64,000 nucleotides of DNA from Hyphomicrobiales bacterium (lineage in GTDB: Bacteria > Pseudomonadota > Alphaproteobacteria > Rhizobiales > NORP267). Below the pieces are notes generated by a model that was not told where the DNA came from, ran no database searches, and worked only from the letters and a program-made list of their open reading frames with translations. The DNA lies in NCBI GenBank assembly GCA_021775855.1, contig JAJFGZ010000037.1:77006-141005 (forward strand), read 5' to 3'. The first letter of the stretch is position 1; each line of letters starts with the position of its first letter. The position numbers were made by a program, and so were the translations under genes. Positions 30,582 through 40,156 of this stretch are shown piece after piece.

Positions 30582-30965
30582 TTATTCCGGCTTCCAGGCT
30601 TCGTAATCACCCGTGCCACGCGGGCGTTGTCCCGCAGTCAGGGTGGAGCCATGGGGCCGGTAGGCGGCCGACGAACCAGTCCCGTTGGGTCTATGGGGCC
30701 GGTGCCAGCTTCGCGGCTGGAAGGCGGATTCGTCTGGGATCGCATCGACGGTTTTGTGGAGCCAGCCGTGCCAGGAGGCCGGCACGGTCGTCGGGTCGGT
30801 CTCGTTTTTGTAGATCACCCAGCGGCGGACGCCATCGGCTGTCTGGTAATAGATATTGCCAAACTCATCTTCGCCAACACGCCTGCCCTTGCGCCAAGTA
30901 TACACCATGGTCCCGAATGTCTGGCTATTCCACCAGGTGAAAATCCGTAGAAAAAATTGTTTCAT
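30582..30965 (-). CDS. NDUFA12-family protein (NADH:ubiquinone oxidoreductase subunit-like)
   Basis: MKQFFLRIFTWWNSQTFGT…GEDEFGNIYY…RRWVIY…VPASWHGWLH is a typical alphaproteobacterial NDUFA12 homologue. The track ORF is N-terminally over-extended. Confidence 0.85.
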   Translation of the reverse strand: MKQFFLRIFTWWNSQTFGTMVYTWRKGRRVGEDEFGNIYYQTADGVRRWVIYKNETDPTTVPASWHGWLHKTVDAIPDESAFQPRSWHRPHRPNGTGSSAAYRPHGSTLTAGQRPRGTGDYEAWKPE

Positions 30966-31760
30966 GGAATCATGACAGCCCAGGGTTTGAGACAGCGCGA
31001 CTATGGCGATTTCAGCCGAACGTGTCCAGAGCCACAAAAAGCAGCGTTTGCATGAACAAATTTAAAATATTTTCAGAAATTTTTTTCTTGTTTTCCAAAA
31101 TTGTCAGATTGGGGACAAATCCGCGTGCATTTACCCGCCGGTTCCAAGTTTATCGAACAGTTGAACACAATCTATTCGGGGGTCTCAAAGAAACGAGTCA
31201 GATTCGCCCTTCACAGGTTCAGGCGTCAAGCCGCCTACGAACTTTCCGGCGGCCAAGATATCGGCCCCGTTTATACTTTTTGCACGCGCGGTCTGGGACC
31301 CAAAACTTGCACTTATCCCCTCTTAATCAACACTTGATCCCCAATTTTTTAACAATATAATCAATATTTAGGGGTTTATTCATTCCTACCCACTAGTTCT
31401 TGACGAGTGAACGCGAGTCAGCGTAGTCTCGATTTCGGTTGATGGTTGTGAGTCTTTCGCCAAAACGCCAGTTAAATCCGTACATTCATTGCTGCCAGAA
31501 CGGTATCAATGGGGTCTGTGATCACCGAAATTTTGAACAGATTTCGGAGCCGGTGTTTTGTGTCGCGAATTTGGGGAATAAGAGGGGCTGCAAACAGCAT
31601 TTTTCTGTCTGTATATGCGTGTAAAAATGGGGCACGTGATCCGTTTGGACCAAATAAAGGCTCCAAAAAATAAAACGGGTGGTGTTCAGGGGATTCAGGA
31701 GCTGAAATTCAGCGGCCTGGCGGTGTTGTACCCGCCGGGTGAAAGGGAGATACTGTAGCA

Positions 31761-34700
31761 ATGCGGATAACGCGTCATAATACCGATGGGGGACAGTCCC
31801 CCTACGAGACAATCGAATTCCGGACCGCCACGAGCGAAATCCGAAATCCGGATGGCTCTATTGTTTTTCGCCTTGAAGATATCGCGGTGCCGGCGGCGTG
31901 GTCGCAGGTCGCCTCTGATATCATCGCGCAGAAATATTTCCGCAAGGCCGGGGTACCTGCCCGCCTGAAATCAGTTGAAGAAAATACTGTCCCGTCCTGG
32001 CTGTGGCGCTCGGAAGCTGATCTCGACGCGCTTGCTGAATTGCCGAAAGAAGAACGTTACGGCCCCGAGCGTGACGCCCGGCAGGTTTTTGACCGTCTTG
32101 CCGGCACCTGGACCTATTGGGGTTGGAAGGGCGGGTATTTTGATTCAGAGCGCGACGCCCGCGCCTTTTTCGACGAATTGCGATCCATGCTGGCAACCCA
32201 GCAATGCGCGCCAAACTCGCCGCAATGGTTCAATACCGGGATCCATTGGGCCTACGGCATTGACGGCCCCGGCCAAGGGCACCATTACGTTGATTTTGAG
32301 ACCGGAAAACTGACCCGCTCGAAATCATCTTACGAACATCCCCAACCCCATGCCTGCTTCATCCAGTCGGTCAAGGACGATCTGGTCAATGAGGGCGGCA
32401 TCATGGACCTGTGGGTCCGTGAAGCACGGCTGTTCAAATACGGTTCCGGCACCGGCTCCAACTTCTCGATGCTGCGCAGCGAGGGCGAATCGCTATCGGG
32501 CGGTGGGCGGTCCTCCGGCCTGATGTCGTTCCTGAAAATCGGCGACCGGGCAGCCGGCGCCATCAAATCCGGTGGCACCACCCGGCGGGCCGCGAAGATG
32601 GTCGTGATTGATATCGACCATCCCGATATCGAGACCTACATCAACTGGAAGGTGAAGGAAGAGCAGAAAGTCGCGGCGCTCGTTACGGGATCCAAAATCA
32701 CTTCGGCTCATCTGAAACAAATCTTCAAGGCGTGCATCAATTGCGAAGCACCGGGAGACGATTGTTTCGACCCGTCCCGCAACCCTGCCCTGAAGCGCGA
32801 AGTGCGAGCCGCACGGAAAAACCATATCCCGGAAAATTATATCCAGCGGGTCATCCAGTTTGCGAAGCAGGGCTACAAAGAACTCGAATTCGATACCTAC
32901 AGCACCGACTGGGATTCGGATGCCTACCTGACCGTATCGGGACAAAATTCCAATAATTCAATCCGGGTGACCGACGATTTCCTGCGGGCTGTCGAGGATG
33001 ATAGCGATTGGGACCTGATCCGGCGCACCGACGGCAAAATTGCCAAGTCCATTGGCGCCCGCGACCTCTGGGACCAGGTCGGACACGCCGCATGGTCGTG
33101 CGCTGATCCAGGTATCCAGTACCATACTACGATCAACGATTGGCACACCTGCCCGGCGTCCGGAGAAATCCGGGCCTCCAACCCGTGTTCGGAATATATG
33201 TTCCTCGACGATACGGCCTGTAATCTGGCGTCCCTGAACCTGGTCAAATTCCAGAACAAGGACCGCAGCTTCGACGTGGTGTCGTTCGAACACGCCACCC
33301 GGCTGTGGACCGTCGTTCTTGAAATCTCCGTAATGATGGCGCAGTTCCCTTCCAAGGAAATCGCCAAGCTGTCGTACAGGTACCGCACCCTCGGGCTCGG
33401 CTTCGCCAATATCGGCGGTCTGTTGATGTCATCGGGAATCTCCTACGATTCCGACGAAGGCCGGGCGCTCTGTGGCGCGATCACGGCCCTGATGACCGGG
33501 ACAGCGTATGCGACGTCAGCTGAAATGGCGAAAGAGCTTGGCCCCTTCCCCGGGTTCGAGAAAAACCGCGAGCCGATGCTGCGCGTAATCCGCAACCATC
33601 TCAATGCGGCGTCTGGCAATAGCGACGGGTATATTTCGCTGAACACGGTCCCCGTCCCGCTGGATCATGAGAATGCGACCGACAAGACCCTGGTCCAGCA
33701 CGCCGTGCAGGCCTGGGAACGGGCGCTTGAAATTGGTGAGCAACACGGCTTCCGCAATGCCCAGACAAGCGTGATTGCACCAACCGGCACAATCGGCCTG
33801 GTGATGGATTGCGACACGACGGGGATCGAGCCTGATTTCGCCCTGGTAAAATTCAAGAAACTTGCCGGAGGCGGGTATTTCAAGATCATCAACCAATCCG
33901 TGCCGTCCGCACTGCGGGCGCTCGGCTATGATGAAGACACGATCAACGGCGTTATCAATTACGCCGTTGGCAACGGTACACTTGCAGGTGCGCCCGGCAT
34001 CAACCACGAAACCCTGGCTGCCCAGGGATTTGCGGACGACAAGATCAAGACGATCGAGGCAGGTCTCCGGGAAGCTTTCGATATCAAGTTCGTCTTTAAC
34101 AAATGGACGCTCGGCGAAGAATTCTGCACCGAAACTCTTGGCTTCGATGCAGCTCGTCTCGACGACCCGGAATTTGATATTCTAAAAGAACTCGGATATT
34201 CGAGAACCGATATTGAACAGGCCAACCTCTATTGTTGCGGCGCCATGACGGTGGAAGGCGCACCGGGCCTGAAGGATGAGCACGTGCCGGTCTTTGACTG
34301 CGCCAATCCGTGCGGCCGCATCGGCAAGCGGTTCCTCTCGATCGACAGCCACATCCACATGATGGCGGCGGCCCAGCCGTTTATATCCGGGGCCATCTCG
34401 AAGACCGTCAACATGCCCGGATCGGCGACGATTGAGGATTGTAAAGAATCCTACATGTTGTCCTGGCGGCTTGGCCTCAAGGCCAACGCGCTTTACCGGG
34501 ACGGCTCCAAACTGTCGCAGCCGCTCAATGCTCAGGTGCTGGCTGATGACGAAGACGAGCAGGACGAAATCATCGAGTCCCTCGCCAGCGACCAGCCCGC
34601 GGTCCAGCGCGCGGCGGTCGCCGCCGAGCGGATTGTCGAGAAAGTCATTGAGCGCGTCGGGCGCGACAAGCTGCCGGACCGGCGAAAGGGTTATACCCAG

Positions 34701-35465
34701 AAGGCCGTCGTTGGTGGCCACAAGGTGTATCTGCGGACCGGTGAATATGAAGACGGCAGCATCGGCGAAATCTTTATCGACATGCACAAGGAAGGCGCTG
34801 CCTTCCGCAGTCTGATGAACAATTTCGCCATCGCGATTTCGCTCGGGCTTCAATACGGCGTTCCGCTCGACGAATATGTGGACGCCTTCACTTTCACCCG
34901 GTTCGAGCCGGCCGGCATGGTCAAAGGCAACGAGGCCATCAAGAACGCGACATCGATCCTCGATTATGTGTTCCGGGAGCTGGCAATCTCGTATCTTGGC
35001 CGCCATGATCTGGCCCACGTCAATCCGGACGATATCGGCGCCACGGCCATGGGGTCCGGCGTCGACGAAGGCAAGGTGCCCCGGGGCGTTACAAGCCAGG
35101 TATCCAAAGGGCTGGTGCGCGGCAGGGTGACCGACAGCCGCCCCTCCGATGGCTTAACCGTTGTATCCGGGGCCGAGGCCGAGAAACCGAAAGATACCGG
35201 CACGGTCGGGTCGTTGCAGGCCCGCGCCCGGGCGCTCACCGATGGCGGCACCGTCACGGGCGAAGCCACCGCGCGCAAGGTCAATCCGATTGCAAAACCG
35301 GACGCGGACGCGGACGCGACCAGGAGCGAAGCCATGCAATTGGCCGAGGCCCGGGCTCGAGGGTATGAGGGCGAAGCCTGTATGGAATGTGGCAACTTCA
35401 CCATGGTCCGCAACGGCACCTGCCTCAAATGCGACACCTGCGGCGGCACGAGCGGGTGTAGCTAG
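31761..35465 (+). CDS. nrdJ: Class II (adenosylcobalamin-dependent) ribonucleoside-diphosphate reductase
   Basis: 1234 aa with the active-site region …[23 protein letters not shown]…. Long alphaproteobacterial-type NrdJ with a C-terminal Cys cluster ([22 protein letters not shown]). Confidence 0.95.
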   Translation: MRITRHNTDGGQSPYETIEFRTATSEIRNPDGSIVFRLEDIAVPAAWSQVASDIIAQKYFRKAGVPARLKSVEENTVPSWLWRSEADLDALAELPKEERYGPERDARQVFDRLAGTWTYWGWKGGYFDSERDARAFFDELRSMLATQQCAPNSPQWFNTGIHWAYGIDGPGQGHHYVDFETGKLTRSKSSYEHPQPHACFIQSVKDDLVNEGGIMDLWVREARLFKYGSGTGSNFSMLRSEGESLSGGGRSSGLMSFLKIGDRAAGAIKSGGTTRRAAKMVVIDIDHPDIETYINWKVKEEQKVAALVTGSKITSAHLKQIFKACINCEAPGDDCFDPSRNPALKREVRAARKNHIPENYIQRVIQFAKQGYKELEFDTYSTDWDSDAYLTVSGQNSNNSIRVTDDFLRAVEDDSDWDLIRRTDGKIAKSIGARDLWDQVGHAAWSCADPGIQYHTTINDWHTCPASGEIRASNPCSEYMFLDDTACNLASLNLVKFQNKDRSFDVVSFEHATRLWTVVLEISVMMAQFPSKEIAKLSYRYRTLGLGFANIGGLLMSSGISYDSDEGRALCGAITALMTGTAYATSAEMAKELGPFPGFEKNREPMLRVIRNHLNAASGNSDGYISLNTVPVPLDHENATDKTLVQHAVQAWERALEIGEQHGFRNAQTSVIAPTGTIGLVMDCDTTGIEPDFALVKFKKLAGGGYFKIINQSVPSALRALGYDEDTINGVINYAVGNGTLAGAPGINHETLAAQGFADDKIKTIEAGLREAFDIKFVFNKWTLGEEFCTETLGFDAARLDDPEFDILKELGYSRTDIEQANLYCCGAMTVEGAPGLKDEHVPVFDCANPCGRIGKRFLSIDSHIHMMAAAQPFISGAISKTVNMPGSATIEDCKESYMLSWRLGLKANALYRDGSKLSQPLNAQVLADDEDEQDEIIESLASDQPAVQRAAVAAERIVEKVIERVGRDKLPDRRKGYTQKAVVGGHKVYLRTGEYEDGSIGEIFIDMHKEGAAFRSLMNNFAIAISLGLQYGVPLDEYVDAFTFTRFEPAGMVKGNEAIKNATSILDYVFRELAISYLGRHDLAHVNPDDIGATAMGSGVDEGKVPRGVTSQVSKGLVRGRVTDSRPSDGLTVVSGAEAEKPKDTGTVGSLQARARALTDGGTVTGEATARKVNPIAKPDADADATRSEAMQLAEARARGYEGEACMECGNFTMVRNGTCLKCDTCGGTSGCS

Positions 35466-35473
35466 AAAGATTT

Positions 35474-35560
35474 GTCATTCCGGCGAAAGCCGGAATCCAG
35501 TCTTTATCTGCAACAGGCTTTGATAGTTCTGATCTGGGTCCCGGCTTTTGCCGGGATGAC
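35474..35560. repeat. Pair of inverted REP-like hairpin elements between convergent genes
   Basis: Copy 1 is GTCATTCCGGCGAAAGCCGGAATCCAG (35474..35500). Copy 2 (35534..35560) has the reverse complement GTCATCCCGGCAAAAGCCGGGACCCAG. There are 4 differences in 27 nt, including one compensatory T:A to C:G change in the stem. Confidence 0.65.
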
Positions 35561-35573
35561 AGCCCTTAGTTTC

Positions 35574-36887
35574 TTACCCCAACACTGAAAAGCTGCTGTC
35601 TTTGTTGATTTCCCTGCGCCGGGAAAAGGCGGAGACGTCCAGTGGGTGACTCACCCGCTTCAAGTCGTAGGTCATGGGGTCCGTGTCGTGGTCTTTGCCG
35701 CCTTCGCAATAGCCGATCAGTTCGGCCATAATCGCGCCCGCGACAGAGGCATTCTTGAACTGGTTGCCGCTGGTCCCAATCGCCATGTAATAGCCGCCAA
35801 CCGAAGATTTGTCGTAGATCGGGATCCAGTCATCCGACACGTCATAAAGGTCAACCACGCCGCGCATCTTGCTCGGGATCCCCAATGATGGAATCCGTTG
35901 CGCCATACGGTAGGCCTGGACGGTCCACTGGTCCGAGAAATCCTGATTGAAACTGTCCGGGTCCACATACTCGTGGCCGTCGCATTCGGGGTCCTCGCTG
36001 CCGACCAGAATATGGTTGCCGGTCTCGGGACGGCAATAACAGGCAATATCGCTATCGGAAATGACAAATCCGTTTGTCTCGAAGTCCATCCCCTCAGGCG
36101 ACGGTACGTGGACCACCTCCTGGCGGAGGGCCTTGGTTGAGATATTCATGTCGCCCAGGGCGCCCGCCATCTCGTTGATGATGTACGAATGCGGTCCGGC
36201 GACATTCACGACAACAGGCGCGCTGATACTTGTGCCGTCGTCCAGTTCGACCCCCGTCACGTGACCGTCTTTTTGCGGGATAGCGACCACTGAACGGTTA
36301 AACAGGAATTCACCGCCCCTGGCTTCCGCCGCGCGCTGAAGATTGTGGGTAGCGAGCTGGGGGTCGGAAATATAGCCCGCATTCGGGAACATGACGGCGC
36401 CTGCGACCTCGCCTCCAGTCGGTTCGGCAAATCCTTCCTCGTCCATCCTTTTCGCCGGCGCATATTTGCGCATGTCGTAGGCCGGCAACGCGGCGACCAC
36501 TTGTTTTGCGTCCCAATGCTCGAACGGGATATTCAACGCCTCCACATTGGCGCAGATTTTCTCCAGAAATCCGTTGCTCTCGGTCTTCATGACCAGGCAC
36601 CCGGTCTCGTGAAATTCCGCCAGGCCGCGTTCGTCTTCTGCGTCCAGGTATTTGGCCCAGTCTCTCCAGTCGAAATAGCTTTCATAGGCCAGTGCTGTTC
36701 CGGGAATCGTCGAATAGTGAACACGGATGACCGCGCAAGAATTCGAGGTCGAGCCGTACCCTGCCGCCGGGTTTTTATCAATATTGAGGGTCTTGTAGCC
36801 GCGCTTCGACAATTCGAACCCGACCGCCGCCCCAATAACCCCGGCACCGATGATAATCGCATCATAAGACGTGTTGCTATCCGCCAA
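35574..36887 (-). CDS. FAD-dependent oxidoreductase (DAO/sarcosine oxidase beta-like family)
   Basis: 437 aa with the dinucleotide fold YDAIIIGAGVIGAAVGFELSKRG. TTG start with AGGGGG 6 nt upstream. Confidence 0.85.
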   Translation of the reverse strand: MADSNTSYDAIIIGAGVIGAAVGFELSKRGYKTLNIDKNPAAGYGSTSNSCAVIRVHYSTIPGTALAYESYFDWRDWAKYLDAEDERGLAEFHETGCLVMKTESNGFLEKICANVEALNIPFEHWDAKQVVAALPAYDMRKYAPAKRMDEEGFAEPTGGEVAGAVMFPNAGYISDPQLATHNLQRAAEARGGEFLFNRSVVAIPQKDGHVTGVELDDGTSISAPVVVNVAGPHSYIINEMAGALGDMNISTKALRQEVVHVPSPEGMDFETNGFVISDSDIACYCRPETGNHILVGSEDPECDGHEYVDPDSFNQDFSDQWTVQAYRMAQRIPSLGIPSKMRGVVDLYDVSDDWIPIYDKSSVGGYYMAIGTSGNQFKNASVAGAIMAELIGYCEGGKDHDTDPMTYDLKRVSHPLDVSAFSRRREINKDSSFSVLG

Positions 36888-36981
36888 GATTGCCCCCTGC
36901 TCTCTTCGTTATTTTCAGCGTAAAATTATTTTATTCCGGGCCGAGCGTAGCAAACTCGCAGACCAAAGAAAGGGAAAAACT

Positions 36982-37434
36982 TTAACCCGTCAACCGGGCT
37001 GCTTCGAGCTTTCGCCTGAACGCATCGGGAATAGATGCGCTCTTGCCGGTCTCCAGTTTTACAAAGACAATCGTACACCGTCCGGTAAAGCAAAGCCGGC
37101 GGCCGAGCGCCTTGGAATCACCATACGCGGTGATGGCGATGCCAATCGATGAGTTGCCGACCTTCGATACCCGGACCTCGGTTTCGAGCATATCCCGTGG
37201 TGTTAATCTGTCCTGAAAATCAAGCTCAACTTGGCGGAATGGTGTTCCATACCCCAATTCAATGTTCAAATCGTACCAATCGTAGCCAAAAAACGCGGTG
37301 AACCAGTGCTCCACCGCCTCAACGACAAAATCCAGAAACCGGCCGGTATAGGCCTGTTGGGCGGCATCGGTATCACCCCAGTTGATCTTGCGGCGGTGGG
37401 TGAATTCGGGCGGCTGGTCAGTAGGTTTCGACAT
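36982..37434 (-). CDS. Hotdog-fold acyl-CoA thioesterase (4HBT/YbgC-like)
   Basis: 150 aa; INWGDTDAAQQAYTGRFLDF resembles the 4HBT N-terminal catalytic region. Its start overlaps the boxA stop by 17 nt. Confidence 0.8.
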   Translation of the reverse strand: MSKPTDQPPEFTHRRKINWGDTDAAQQAYTGRFLDFVVEAVEHWFTAFFGYDWYDLNIELGYGTPFRQVELDFQDRLTPRDMLETEVRVSKVGNSSIGIAITAYGDSKALGRRLCFTGRCTIVFVKLETGKSASIPDAFRRKLEAARLTG

Positions 37435-38629
37435 GATACCTGCCCGATTCCAACATTTCCCGGCGGCATTCGACCCAGTCCGATCCGCCCTGGTGGCAGA
37501 TATCAGTCAAGGCCTCGTTGACGCCTGCTTCCATGTCCTTCAGCCCGCATATAAAGATATGCGTCGCCTTGTCCTCGAGAAGGGCGTGAATATCGTCCGT
37601 CCGCTGGCGCATCCGGTCCTGGACATATTCCTTTTCCTGCCCGTCGAGGCGCGAAAAGACCAATTCCTGGTCGAGAAATTCCGGGGGGATTTTCTTTAAG
37701 GGGCCGAAATACGGCAATTCCGCCGGGCGGCGGGCGCCAAATATCAACATCAGTCTGCCTTCCGCATTTGCCATGGCGCGGCGGCGGCGTTCGGTGAAGG
37801 CGCGGAACGGGGCAGACCCCGTGCCGGTGCAAATCATCAAGATATTGGCGCCAGGATCATTTGGCATCAGGAAGGTGCTGCCATACGGTCCGGTTACCCG
37901 AACCTCGTCGTCACGCTCCAGATTACAAATATAATTTGAGGCAATGCCTTCATGAATTTCTTCATCGACCTTGCTGATTTCCCGCTTCACGGTCAAAGCA
38001 AGGTTGTTGTGGTTGGGGCGTTCGCCGTCGCGCGGGCTGGAGATTGAATATAACCGCATCCGATGAGGCTTGCCCTTCGCGTCGGTGCCAGGCGGTAAAA
38101 TACCGATGGTCTGGCCTTCGAGAAAAGGAAAGGCGGTGCTGCCGAAATCCAGCACAATGTGCCGGACATCGTTTTCCACTACGTCTTCGGTAATTGGAAA
38201 ATTACCGACAACCCTGGCAATAACGGGGTTGTCTTTTGTGTAAAGATTGACCGACGGTGTATCTGCCGAGGCCGGTGCCTTAGCGCGATTGCCCACCGCT
38301 GAATGGGCGGCATCGAGCAATGCCAGCGCATCGTCGTCGATCGCTTCAATCGACCCGGATTCGCTCTCGACCGTGTCTTCCTGCTCCGGCAATTCGTCCC
38401 AGGAAAACTGCTCTTCCAGAGAATAGGCCGAATTGACGACCCGCCAATTATCGATCGAGCCGGTGGGGCACGGCGCAATGCAGTCCATGCAATATTTGCA
38501 TTTCTCGGCGTCGACGACGTAATTGTCGTCATTGTGCGATACCGCACCGACAGAGCAGGATTCTTCACATGTCCCGCAGCGGATACACAATTCCGGATCG
38601 ATAAGGTGCTGGCGCAGAGGCACATTCAT
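37418..38629 (-). CDS. boxA: Benzoyl-CoA 2,3-epoxidase reductase component BoxA
   Basis: Two 4Fe-4S ferredoxin motifs (CIRCGTCEESC and CKYCMDCIAPCP) are followed by an FNR-like FAD/NADPH domain (RLYSISS, ICTGTGSAPFRAF). The start is taken at MNVPLRQHLIDPELCIRC; the track ORF is 24 codons longer. Confidence 0.9.
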   Translation of the reverse strand: MNVPLRQHLIDPELCIRCGTCEESCSVGAVSHNDDNYVVDAEKCKYCMDCIAPCPTGSIDNWRVVNSAYSLEEQFSWDELPEQEDTVESESGSIEAIDDDALALLDAAHSAVGNRAKAPASADTPSVNLYTKDNPVIARVVGNFPITEDVVENDVRHIVLDFGSTAFPFLEGQTIGILPPGTDAKGKPHRMRLYSISSPRDGERPNHNNLALTVKREISKVDEEIHEGIASNYICNLERDDEVRVTGPYGSTFLMPNDPGANILMICTGTGSAPFRAFTERRRRAMANAEGRLMLIFGARRPAELPYFGPLKKIPPEFLDQELVFSRLDGQEKEYVQDRMRQRTDDIHALLEDKATHIFICGLKDMEAGVNEALTDICHQGGSDWVECRREMLESGRYHVETY

Positions 38630-38707
38630 GGCAGTTTTCCCGCAAATTCCCAGATTTCGGACACAACCAGCTTCCCCGCCGGCACTGGGCGATCCTAACA
38701 ACCAGAC

Positions 38708-40153
38708 CTAGCTTTGGTCGAGCCGCACATACTCGAAATCGCCCGGCTTGTTATCAATCCCGACTTTTGGCGGCGCAATCCAACCGGCATATTTTCCGGC
38801 GCCGTATTCCGGCTTCATGAGAGAATGGATATAATCCATATCATCCGCGTTGGGCAGCCACTCGTCCTTGCGGGCCTCCCAATCCTGTTGGCTCAGGATC
38901 GTACCATCGGGTGCAGATTCAATTTCGGCAAATTCGCCAATCCTGCGGTTAAACGCCGGATGCGGCAGGGCCAGCTCAAAGGCGACGCCGGTCTTTTCGA
39001 TAATCTTGTTCCAACGTCCGACCCCTTTGGCACAGTCGTTGGAATAGTCATCTCGCAGGCGGGCGTTGAGCGCCGTCAGTGCCGGCGTATCGGTCAGTTT
39101 GAAGCCGGCATCGTCCAGTCGCAATACCGGATAGGTATCGTTGAGCAGACGGTGGTCGTCGTCGATCTTGTTTTCGTGGAAGCGGCCCTTGATCCCCGCA
39201 TTGAAGGCATTCGCGGCGTTGGTTGACACTTCGGCGCCGAAAAGGTCCAGGCTCAAGGAATAATGCAGTCTCGCCTTTTTCTGGATGGTGGGCAAATCCA
39301 TAAGCCCCAGGTTGCGAACAGCGTTGATGTCATTCGCGTCTTCGATACCGGCTTCCTTCATCCCCTCGCAGGTCCGCTGGATGGTCCGACCTATTCCGGT
39401 CTCACCGACAAACATGTGGTGGGCTTCTTCAGTCAGCATGAACCGGCAGGTGCGCGACAGAGGATCGAACCCTGATTGCGCGAGCGCCTCGAGCTGCATC
39501 TTGCCGTCGCGGTCGGTGAAGAATGTGAACATGAAAAACGATAGCCAATCCGGGGTGCGCTCGTTGAAGGCACCAAGCATGCGCGGATTGTCGCTATCGC
39601 CGGAGCGCCGCTGCAGGAGCGCCGCCGCCTCTTCGCGGCCATCGCGGCCAAAATATTTCTGCAGCAGATAAACCATCGCCCAGAGGTGCCGGCCCTCTTC
39701 CACATTCACCTGGAACAGGTTGCGCAGGTCATAGAGCGACGGGGCTGTTGCGCCAAGGGCGCGCTGCTGTTCGACGGATGCCGGTTCTGTATCGCCCTGG
39801 ATAACCACCAGGCGGCGCATCAGCGAGCGGTATTCGCCGGGCACTTCCTGCCAAGCAGGTTCACCCTTGTGTTCGCCAAAGGGGATCGTGCGCCCCTCCA
39901 CGGCTGGTGACAGCAAAACACCCCAGCGGTATTTCGGCATTTGCACATAGCCGAATTTCGCCCAGCCCTTGGGGTCGACGCTGACGGCGGTGCGCAAGTA
40001 AACCTCGTCTTCGAGATACCCGGCGGGACCAGCGGTCTTCCACCAGTCGATATAACCGGGATGCCATTTCTCCAGGGCACGTTTCAGCTTGGGATCGTCC
40101 GAGAGACCCACATTGTTCGGGATCAGGTCGTCGTAACTGACTTCAATGTTCAT
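38708..40153 (-). CDS. boxB: Benzoyl-CoA 2,3-epoxidase oxygenase component BoxB (di-iron)
   Basis: 481 aa with di-iron ExxH-type motifs (EEGRHLW, EEAHHMF). Length and N-terminus are typical of BoxB, and it sits between boxC and boxA. Confidence 0.92.
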   Translation of the reverse strand: MNIEVSYDDLIPNNVGLSDDPKLKRALEKWHPGYIDWWKTAGPAGYLEDEVYLRTAVSVDPKGWAKFGYVQMPKYRWGVLLSPAVEGRTIPFGEHKGEPAWQEVPGEYRSLMRRLVVIQGDTEPASVEQQRALGATAPSLYDLRNLFQVNVEEGRHLWAMVYLLQKYFGRDGREEAAALLQRRSGDSDNPRMLGAFNERTPDWLSFFMFTFFTDRDGKMQLEALAQSGFDPLSRTCRFMLTEEAHHMFVGETGIGRTIQRTCEGMKEAGIEDANDINAVRNLGLMDLPTIQKKARLHYSLSLDLFGAEVSTNAANAFNAGIKGRFHENKIDDDHRLLNDTYPVLRLDDAGFKLTDTPALTALNARLRDDYSNDCAKGVGRWNKIIEKTGVAFELALPHPAFNRRIGEFAEIESAPDGTILSQQDWEARKDEWLPNADDMDYIHSLMKPEYGAGKYAGWIAPPKVGIDNKPGDFEYVRLDQS

Positions 40154-40156
40154 CGC

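Noticed and set aside
31038-31760. I looked for a cobalamin riboswitch or tandem NrdR boxes upstream of nrdJ.
   Set aside because: I could not find the B12-box (GCCACTG-like) or the conserved GGTG…AATCC…CCCGC core. The best NrdR-like 16-mer matches only about 9 of 16 consensus positions, and I found no second box at the usual ~31-32 bp spacing. I therefore report only an unexplained long leader.
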